A stretch of 53,315 nt of DNA, from the NCBI GenBank assembly GCA_965195285.1, contig CBDAFS010000045.1, forward strand, positions 1 through 53,315. Reading direction: 5' to 3'. Source of the stretch: an uncultured Aminicenantes bacterium (GTDB taxonomy: Bacteria; Acidobacteriota; Aminicenantia; UBA2199). Of the stretch, positions 8,853-15,789 are shown piece after piece. The translations under genes were made by a program, and so were the position numbers. Under the pieces are notes generated by a model that saw only the letters and a program-made list of their open reading frames with translations, did not search any database and was not told where the DNA came from. Numbering within the stretch: the stretch's first letter is position 1; every line of letters begins with the position of its first letter.

Positions 8853-9968
8853 ATGAGAAAAGAATTGAACAGGTTAGTGCTATCTGTCACTTCGCACTGT
8901 AACTTACGTTGTGAATATTGTTACGTTTTCAATGACAACAAAGAGCATTTTATACCTAAAACCATGACGCCTAGGATTATTCAGAAGGCGATCTATAAAA
9001 TATTCAATAGCTACAATGCTGTTCAATTTGTTCAGTTCTTTGGGGGAGAACCCCATTTAGCTCTTCAGAGTATGCAGATTGCGGTTGACGAAACTCGAAA
9101 GGTTTGCGAGATTCGTAAATTACTACATCCCCAATTCGGAATTGTTACAAATCTAATGATTCTTAATGAGGAAATCTTATCTTTTTACAAGGATAATCAT
9201 CTAAGAGTCACAGTGAGCATAGATGGCCCTGAGACGGTCCATAATTTTTTAAGAGTATATCCATCTGGAAGCGGTACTCACAACAAGGTTGTTCAAAATC
9301 TTGGGAGATTGCGCGATATGGGGATACCTTTTGCAGTAGAGTGCACATTTACTCAAATGCACATTAAGAAAGGGATAACGATAGTGGATTTACTAAAGTA
9401 CTTTGACCAGATAGGAGCAGTGCGCGCAGATATAGTATGTGTGATGGCCAAGCCTGACTCCAAGTTGTATGTTCATGGTGAGACTTTACCGCAGCTTATA
9501 CAACTGTTTATCAAAGCTGTTGACTATTGGTTTGATTATTGGCGACAAGGCGGAAAGACAGTGTTTGGAATAATAGGTGAGATCCTTGCAATGGTTAGTT
9601 CGTCACAAAAGGAAATTTATTGTCCTGCTGGAGAATCGTATTTGGCAGTAGCTCCTGATGGTAGAATTTACCCATGTCATCTTTTTATCAGTGATAGGAA
9701 GTATGTGCTCGGAAATGTCGAAGATTCTGGGCCACTCCATCTTTCAGGTTTCAAAAACTCTTTAAAGAGCAGTACCTCCTGTAAAAGTTGTCCAATTAAT
9801 TCCCTATGCCTCAGCTGCTTAGGTAGAAACAAGTACTATTGCGGCAATTTGGATCAACCATTCGTATCCGATTGTATTCTGAAAAGTAAGATCATAAGTA
9901 GAACATTAGAAAACCTGTGTGATGGGTTATTACCAGAAAATCAGGCCACGTCACCTAACACAGCATAA
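8853..9968 (+). CDS. Radical SAM/SPASM-domain peptide maturase (anSME-like)
   Basis: CNLRCEYC, FFGGEP, SIDGP..HN..R, SPASM C.AG...DG.IYPC...CKSC.....C..C...C. Confidence 0.9.
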   Translation: MRKELNRLVLSVTSHCNLRCEYCYVFNDNKEHFIPKTMTPRIIQKAIYKIFNSYNAVQFVQFFGGEPHLALQSMQIAVDETRKVCEIRKLLHPQFGIVTNLMILNEEILSFYKDNHLRVTVSIDGPETVHNFLRVYPSGSGTHNKVVQNLGRLRDMGIPFAVECTFTQMHIKKGITIVDLLKYFDQIGAVRADIVCVMAKPDSKLYVHGETLPQLIQLFIKAVDYWFDYWRQGGKTVFGIIGEILAMVSSSQKEIYCPAGESYLAVAPDGRIYPCHLFISDRKYVLGNVEDSGPLHLSGFKNSLKSSTSCKSCPINSLCLSCLGRNKYYCGNLDQPFVSDCILKSKIISRTLENLCDGLLPENQATSPNTA

Positions 9969-10031
9969 AAGGTTCAGGCTACGCCATAACCAAAATTGCT
10001 TTCCGGTAACTTCTTTTATCCGCAAGACGTA
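9953..10031 (+). other. Integron attC-like site overlapping the rSAM stop (R' end degenerate)
   Basis: R'' ACCTAAC, 5 nt, ATAAAAG ... CTTTTAT complementary pair, ends AAGACGT; R'' complements the GTTAGG at 8269. Confidence 0.55.
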
Positions 10032-10052
10032 AAAAAGTGTATCGGTGCTTGA

Positions 10053-10105
10053 GTGCGACAAGCAAGCTGGTGTAATCCAGGGGGTTAAAATCCCTCACGG
10101 GGAAG
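10053..10105 (+). mobile_element. Probable group II intron 5'-end remnant (copy 2)
   Basis: GTGCGACAAGCAAGCTGGTGTAATCCAGGGGGTTAAAATCCCTCACGGGGAAG, preceded like copy 1 by TGCTTGA. Confidence 0.55.
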
Positions 10106-10180
10106 TAAAAATTGGGGATAGGATTTGAAAAGTTTTAAAATTATATTTTGGATTTAATAAATTTCGAGGAGGGAAACATA

Positions 10181-10420
10181 ATGTCTGAAAGTTTGAAAGA
10201 TTTAAGGTCAATGTCTGAATCAGAATTAATTGAAAAACATGATAGATTGGCAAATACAACTCAGATTGGGATAAATCATTATTTGAATGAACTTGATAGA
10301 AGAGATCAGGAAAGGCATACAAAAGAGATGAAGAGATTTACTTGTTGGATTACAATAATGACATTTATTATAACAATTTTTACAGCTCTGAATGTAATTT
10401 TATTTGCAATAAAAAAGTAA
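10181..10420 (+). CDS. Small hypothetical protein with C-terminal TM helix
   Basis: GAGGAGG RBS; hydrophobic WITIMTFIITIFTALNVILFA tail. Confidence 0.65.
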   Translation: MSESLKDLRSMSESELIEKHDRLANTTQIGINHYLNELDRRDQERHTKEMKRFTCWITIMTFIITIFTALNVILFAIKK

Positions 10421-10435
10421 AATAAGGAGAGAAAG

Positions 10436-10576
10436 ATGGCAACTACAGGAGAAAAACCAGGAAAAGGAACTTATAGGTGCCGTAATTGTGGGACAACAGT
10501 AATACTGGATGATCATTCGGATACACTTCCGCCTTGCCCAAAATGCGCTGGTACTGAATTTAATAAAATTTCATAA
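10436..10576 (+). CDS. 46-aa zinc-ribbon protein (YjzC/DUF1451-like)
   Basis: Below the ORF-track cutoff; AAGGAG RBS; MATTGEKPGKGTYRCRNCGTTVILDDHSDTLPPCPKCAGTEFNKIS with two CxxC. Confidence 0.8.
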   Translation: MATTGEKPGKGTYRCRNCGTTVILDDHSDTLPPCPKCAGTEFNKIS

Positions 10577-10903
10577 TCCAGAAAAAACAGCATATATCGG
10601 GGGATGGTAGGTGGAAACGTTGCAATTGGAATCTGGAGACAGATTGTTAATTTATTAATCAATATAGATACAAAATGGAACTTACTGAACTGTTGCATAA
10701 AATACAAAGGTTGATTTCATTTATATTCATTTTTCTGGGCCTATCTCATCAGAGGAGTTAAGTTTTTATAGCAACTATTGATTTTAGCTTGTATGGGTTA
10801 AGCCTAGAAATTGATTCTAACTTTTAATACCAGAATTAAATAAAATTGAAAAAAGCAATTAATTTTTGTAGAATAAAGAAAAAGATTTGTCGAAGGGGTA
10901 AAG

Positions 10904-11569
10904 GTGAATAATAATCAAGACAATGAAAATTTAATGTGGAAATGGGCATACCTTGAACAATTGCATCTATATTATACTCAGGATGCCTTTTGGATAAAAT
11001 GCGCCAGAGAAAAGTGGACACAAGGAAAGGGAGATGCTGAATACTACGAATTTTTAAAAAGTTATGGGTTGTTAAGGGGGAAGGTAGGTTCTTATCTAAA
11101 ACGAGAAGAAAAAAAGAACAGACAAAAGTTTCTAAAAATTTGTAAAACTGAATTTGCAAAAGATTTGAATATAGAAGATTTTAAAACTGCAGGAATCAGA
11201 TGGAATAAAGTTCTATCAAAAATCAAGAATGAATGTAGAATTGAAAGTATTCCCTATTCAGCAACTTTAAAAACCTATTGGTTTTTTCAACCGGAAAAAG
11301 TGCCAATGTTTGATTCCCAAGTGTCAGATGCTATAAAAACTATTCTGAATGTGAAAAAATATAAAAAAGAAAAATTTCTTGACTACTTTTTAGAATTTTA
11401 TAATAAGAAAAAACAAAAGATTATCGAAGTTGATAAAGAGTATTCCTACAAATATAAATTTTATCCCCGAATCGCTGATAAATATCTCTGGTTGTATGGT
11501 TCTGGAAAGAGTGAAGAGATTTTGGAGAAGTTTCGGGAAGGGGTTAAAAAGATTCCGATAGGAACATAA
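10904..11569 (+). CDS. Hypothetical protein, possible HhH-type DNA glycosylase-like fold
   Basis: S.T.K..WF..P..VP.FDS.V and R..DKYLW pattern. Confidence 0.5.
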   Translation: MNNNQDNENLMWKWAYLEQLHLYYTQDAFWIKCAREKWTQGKGDAEYYEFLKSYGLLRGKVGSYLKREEKKNRQKFLKICKTEFAKDLNIEDFKTAGIRWNKVLSKIKNECRIESIPYSATLKTYWFFQPEKVPMFDSQVSDAIKTILNVKKYKKEKFLDYFLEFYNKKKQKIIEVDKEYSYKYKFYPRIADKYLWLYGSGKSEEILEKFREGVKKIPIGT

Positions 11570-11595
11570 AAAACGTTCTCGGTGCGAAATGATTG

Positions 11596-11950
11596 AAAGG
11601 GTTGGGGACGGTCTTTTGGATTTTTGATTTTTTTTCTATTGTATATAAATCCGGGGACGGGGTTTTAATATTTTAATTTTTTTAAAAGACAAAACCAGGG
11701 ATGCTATTGTTAATTTATTCATTTAAAAAAGAAAAAGGGTGGGGGATGACCTTTTGAATTTTTGATTTTTTTCTATTGTTTCTAAGTAAGCGTCTAATTA
11801 ACCATACCTGATATTTCTGGATGACATTTCTCTGTATTTGTTAGGGATCTGGTTTTCCCACCCAAGAGAATAAATAATCCAATCTTCCGTCTCCATTTGG
11901 TTAAGGAAATTCTTAAAGAAGTCAAGAAAGCAACGTCCCCAATCTTCGTC
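11596..11950. repeat. Cluster of GGGGAC-core REP-like repeats
   Basis: GGGTTGGGGACGGTCTTTTGGATTTTTG (11599), CCGGGGACGGGG (11651), GGGTGGGGGATGACCTTTTG (11737), inverse GCAACGTCCCCAATC (~11930). Confidence 0.8.
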
Positions 11951-12058
11951 CAGCACCCCTTTTTGTGCTTAATCTCACTGAAGAGACAGAAATTCCTTGG
12001 AAAATGGTTGACTTGTTAATATTTTTATTATATAAAAATGCTTAATCAAGGAGAAAAA

Positions 12059-12466
12059 ATGAGTAAAAAATTATTTGTTCCTTTTTTGGTTATGATTTTT
12101 ATTGGAGTAATTTTTCTAACTGGATGCAATACTGCTGAAGAAATCAGCTATGATATCACTGGCAATTGGCAATTTACTTTAACCGATAACGCAGGATGGA
12201 CTGATGTTTATGTTTTCAGTTTTTCAGGGACCATTGCCAGTGGGATTTCCACCGACATAACCAACGGACGTACCGGGACATACTCAGTAAACAATACCAA
12301 TGTTCAGTTCACTTTAAACTGGTGGGATTCCACCTGTTCAGATCAAACTGAAACTTTTACTGGCACTTTCAACTCTACCACATCTATGAGCGGATCTTAT
12401 GATTATAGTGCAACCGGTGGTTGTTTTAGAATTGGAAACTTTACCTGGACAGCAGTAAAGTTGTAA
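12059..12466 (+). CDS. Beta-rich lipoprotein
   Basis: AAGGAG RBS; signal peptide with lipobox LTGC; Thr/Ser/Gly-rich beta strands. Confidence 0.75.
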   Translation: MSKKLFVPFLVMIFIGVIFLTGCNTAEEISYDITGNWQFTLTDNAGWTDVYVFSFSGTIASGISTDITNGRTGTYSVNNTNVQFTLNWWDSTCSDQTETFTGTFNSTTSMSGSYDYSATGGCFRIGNFTWTAVKL

Positions 12467-12562
12467 AATTCAGCTCAGATCAGGGCAAAGGGAGAAGTAT
12501 ATTTAGATAAGCTTTAAAATTGGATTTTTTTCATCTCTCCCCAGTTTTTTCCTTTTTTCAGA

Positions 12563-12610
12563 AAGGTTGGGGACGGTCTTTTGGAATTTTGATTTATTTT
12601 CTATTGTTTA
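12563..12610. repeat. REP-like repeat copy
   Basis: AAGGTTGGGGACGGTCTTTTGGAATTTTGATTTATTTTCTATTG. Confidence 0.8.
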
Positions 12611-12619
12611 TGGTAATCC

Positions 12620-12706
12620 AAGGATGTTGCTTAGCACACTCAAGTAAGCAGATGCAATTTAGAGGATTCAAATCTCCCATGGGCAAAGTGTATTCAGCCA
12701 CCCGTT
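12620..12706 (+). mobile_element. Degenerate third copy of the intron-like 5' element
   Basis: AAGGATGTTGCTT...TGCAATTTAGAGGATTCAAATCTCCCATGGGCAAAG...AGCCACCCGT aligns with 7694-7780. Confidence 0.45.
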
Positions 12707-12869
12707 ATTTAAATAGATTCAAAATTGATTTAGCGACTGAAGTAGGAAGCGTAGAAATGTAGAAATAAAATGGACAGTGGTGATTGATATTTTGACAATT
12801 AAAAAAAGATTAAAGGTAAAAGATTAAAGATAAAAGGTTAAATTTAAAAATTTTTGTTATCTCGAAATC

Positions 12870-12898
12870 TTGACAACTAAGGTGTTTCCAACCATAAT
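12870..12898 (+). promoter_or_regulatory. sigma70 promoter
   Basis: TTGACA-17-CATAAT. Confidence 0.5.
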
Positions 12899-12946
12899 AA
12901 AAAAAATGGGGGAAAATCTTTTTTTATGAAGTGTAAGGAGGTTTTT

Positions 12947-13384
12947 ATGAGAAGAATCAACCTTTTATTTTCAGTAGCCTTAATATCAGCCGGTGTTTTA
13001 TTTTTCGGGTTGCTCACCCAAAACAGCTGGGGAAGTGACAAAACAGAACTCGAAGGGGAATGGGTAAGTACGGTATCGGGTCAGGACATGGTATTTGGAT
13101 TTTCTGGTGATAAATTCAGTATTAAGTCTCCCAATGTTCCAAACTACTGGTACACGGGCACTTTTTCCTTAAAACCAAAAGCTGATCCAAAAAAGATAGA
13201 TCTTGCGATTAAGCAGGGCGGTATTCCTCAATATGTAGGTAAAGCAAGTCTGGGAATTTACAAGATTGAAAACGGAGTTTTGATCCTGGCGTTAAATCAG
13301 CCTGGTGGACCGGCTTATCCTTCTTCTTTTCAGAACACCGGTGGCGCCATTGTTTTTAAATTAATGCAAAATGGGGGACGATAA
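12947..13384 (+). CDS. Secreted TIGR03067-domain protein
   Basis: AAGGAGG RBS; signal peptide; LEGEW...DPKKIDL...GK...GIYKIE...L.LA...PG...P.SF. Confidence 0.7.
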   Translation: MRRINLLFSVALISAGVLFFGLLTQNSWGSDKTELEGEWVSTVSGQDMVFGFSGDKFSIKSPNVPNYWYTGTFSLKPKADPKKIDLAIKQGGIPQYVGKASLGIYKIENGVLILALNQPGGPAYPSSFQNTGGAIVFKLMQNGGR

Positions 13385-13425
13385 AAGGGTTGGGGACGGT
13401 CTTTTGTACAAGGAGTGGGGACGTA
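13385..13425. repeat. Two REP-like copies
   Basis: AAGGGTTGGGGACGGTCTTTTG and AGGAGTGGGGACG (inverse of 617-630). Confidence 0.75.
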
Positions 13426-13597
13426 TTGAAATTTGATTCAAAGAAAATAAAGTCTATTTGCACGTTTGAACCCGCTGTCAAGCGGCGTATACTTTTACGA
13501 ATTTAGGGTATAAAAAATGTTTTGGGAAAATGTGTAAAACCCGAAGGGTTTTGCAGGGGGATGGGGTGAATATGAGGCATTTAAATCAAATGTTATT

Positions 13598-14026
13598 CTA
13601 TTTGTTGAAATCTCTTGGGCGATGAAGTTTTAAGCCAAGTATTTTTGAATAGTTTTGAAAGTCATTATCAGAGGTAAATATAGTGAATTCATTTCTTTTG
13701 GCAAAAGCACATATTAAAAAATCAATATGAGAGCCTTGAATCCCTTTTTTTCTGCTGGTATTATAAAATTCCGCAGCCAGTTCATAATCAGTAGAATGAA
13801 TTGAAAAATCTTTGAAAGCCTTTAATTTATTTTTTAATTTATTGAATTGAACTGTATCTGAAATTCCAGATAGAATCTCCTGTCTTATCGGACCAATTAG
13901 TATTGCTCGGGTTTCGTTAATAAGTTCTTTTAATTCTTTCAGAGTTAATTCATCTTTTCTATCATCTAGTCCTTTTTTTCGACGAAATGCCAGAGACCAT
14001 ATAGATGTATCAATAAGAATTTTCAT
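13598..14026 (-). CDS. vapC: VapC PIN-domain toxin
   Basis: ILIDTSIW, E.LSG, D.LI.A.A, T.D.DF. Confidence 0.9.
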   Translation of the reverse strand: MKILIDTSIWSLAFRRKKGLDDRKDELTLKELKELINETRAILIGPIRQEILSGISDTVQFNKLKNKLKAFKDFSIHSTDYELAAEFYNTSRKKGIQGSHIDFLICAFAKRNEFTIFTSDNDFQNYSKILGLKLHRPRDFNK

Positions 14027-14223
14027 TTCCTATTCCTGTGGGATTTATAATCATAATCTTTTTCATAATTGATCTTTCCGAATAATTTAATGATCTCCAG
14101 CTGTTTTCTTCTCTGAATATATTCCTTTAATGCTTCGGTTACTGCTGACTTTTTAGTCTTGTGTTTTCCTATATTTTGAGCTTCCAGGATTAGTCTATCG
14201 TCTATTGCTAAGTTTGTTGCCAT
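14023..14223 (-). CDS. vapB: VapB-type antitoxin (DUF2191-like)
   Basis: MATNLAIDD.LI.EA...G.HKTKK.AV.EALKEYI; 4-nt overlap with vapC. Confidence 0.9.
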   Translation of the reverse strand: MATNLAIDDRLILEAQNIGKHKTKKSAVTEALKEYIQRRKQLEIIKLFGKINYEKDYDYKSHRNRK

Positions 14224-14382
14224 TTCGTCCTCCTACACATCATAATACACTAAACATTGTGTGAAATCAACAAATTTATGAAAAATAAAGGGACATTAGA
14301 ATGGGCGTCCCTAGATCTTATATGATAGCGACAAAACTATTTTGAATAGCAAGATATTACAAATAAATGAAAATCAAATAAA

Positions 14383-14448
14383 GCCTATGCTGATGAAAGT
14401 GATCCGGGGCCTTATCCAATTCCTGAAGATGCTCCGATTGAAAAACCA
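14383..14448 (+). pseudogene. Isolated coding fragment AYADESDPGPYPIPEDAPIE
   Basis: GC-richer patch translating to a motif recalled from conserved hypothetical secreted proteins; in-frame stop at 14368, no start. Confidence 0.35.
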
Positions 14449-14629
14449 TACTCAAAACCGTACTTGGTGCGTAGAAGTATAGAAATAGATATAATAAATA
14501 CTGGGTGAATGATTATCAAACTGGCTGAGGTAAAGGTAAAGAAAGGAAGTTAAGAAGCTATAAAAAAAACCGGGGAAGGGATTTTAATTATTGTAAAATT
14601 TTTTTTATAATATTTACAGTAAGAATATA

Positions 14630-14658
14630 TTGACACTATGCCATTATTATACTATTCT
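14630..14658 (+). promoter_or_regulatory. sigma70 promoter of TA operon
   Basis: TTGACA-17-TATTCT. Confidence 0.5.
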
Positions 14659-14687
14659 ATTAGTAGATTTTATGGGAGGATTAAAAT

Positions 14688-14927
14688 ATGGATACGGTAA
14701 CCGTCAGAATACCCAAAGAAAAAAGGGATATATTAAAGATTATTTCCAGTGTTGAAAGAAGAGATATCAAATCCATTCTAAGCGAATTGATTGATGAATA
14801 CATAGAAAGTCATCAGGAAACCCTTGATCTTTTATCCAAACCCGAGTGGGTTGAATCGATTGGAAAAGGCAAAAAGGAAGTTATAGATGGAATAAAAGGA
14901 AAATCACTCCATGAGTTGGACGATTGA
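14688..14927 (+). CDS. RHH-type antitoxin
   Basis: TVTVRIP N-terminal strand, ETLDLLS.P motif; overlaps relE. Confidence 0.75.
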   Translation: MDTVTVRIPKEKRDILKIISSVERRDIKSILSELIDEYIESHQETLDLLSKPEWVESIGKGKKEVIDGIKGKSLHELDD

Positions 14928-15177
14928 AATCAAACCCAATGCGGAGAAGCAATATCTGAAATTAGATAAAAAAGTCAGAAAAAGGGTTAAAAAATCATTG
15001 GCTTTACTTGAGAATTCAGAGAATCCTTTTAAGTCAAAAAATATAAAGTCCTTGACCGGGGAGCTTAAGGGAGATTTTCGCTTGAGAGTAGGGAAATGGA
15101 GAATTTTATTCACTCCGGAGAAAAAGATAAAAAAACTATATGTATATGCAATATTGCCTCGCGGAGACGCCTATTAA
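14911..15177 (+). CDS. relE: RelE/ParE family toxin
   Basis: I...A.KQ..KLDK, K.L.G...G.FRLRVG.WRILF, I.PRGDAY. Confidence 0.9.
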   Translation: MSWTIEIKPNAEKQYLKLDKKVRKRVKKSLALLENSENPFKSKNIKSLTGELKGDFRLRVGKWRILFTPEKKIKKLYVYAILPRGDAY

Positions 15178-15198
15178 AATGAAAAGGTCGGGGACCTC

Positions 15199-15645
15199 TC
15201 ATTTTTTTTTGGTTACCCGAATAATCATAAAGGCTCCCAAAGCGATCAAAACTGATGGCCAGAAGATATGGCCGATCTGATGGCGAAACCACCAGTAATA
15301 TTCATTGAAAAACGGAAGGTTACGCATTAAAAAAATGCAGCCTACCACCACCAGCACAATTCCGATGATGAATGCCCCGGAATCACCACCCGCTTTTATC
15401 ACTTCCTTTTTATCACCCTTGGACACCGCTTTGGTGGTTTTCTTCTGCTCCGACTCAACGGTCCCCGGATCCAACGGAATGATGATCATGGCAATAATAT
15501 AGGCAATGACCCCACTGCCGCCCCAGAAAAAGAGTATCACAGCGATGATTCTGATGATGACCGGGTCAATGCCAACGTATTCCCCGATGCCTCCACAGAC
15601 ACCGGCGATTATCTTATCTTTCTGACTTCGGTATAAACGTTTCAT
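15199..15645 (-). CDS. pspC: PspC-domain membrane protein with C-terminal LiaF/DUF5668-like TM region
   Basis: KRLYRS..DKIIAGVCGGIGEY.GIDP.IIR. Confidence 0.85.
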   Translation of the reverse strand: MKRLYRSQKDKIIAGVCGGIGEYVGIDPVIIRIIAVILFFWGGSGVIAYIIAMIIIPLDPGTVESEQKKTTKAVSKGDKKEVIKAGGDSGAFIIGIVLVVVGCIFLMRNLPFFNEYYWWFRHQIGHIFWPSVLIALGAFMIIRVTKKK

Positions 15646-15789
15646 TCAACCATACCTCCTCATTGTTCTCATTAAACCTTATAACGTACCGGAGACTGAT
15701 TTGGTTCAATACATCTGTTGATATTAACAAAAAAAAATATTTTATGTATAATGGAATTTAATCCAATGATTTATTAAATAGATAATAAA

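Noticed and set aside
8453-8890. 145-aa minus-strand ORF over the precursor
   Set aside because: Antisense to a gene with strong RBS and operon logic; no motif
8853-9968. Anaerobic sulfatase-maturating enzyme as the function
   Set aside because: No sulfatase nearby; the adjacent Cys-containing peptide and hairpin favour a peptide maturase (not fully excluded)
12520-12762. 80-aa ORF
   Set aside because: Reads through a REP-like repeat and the intron-like stub; TTG start without a clear RBS
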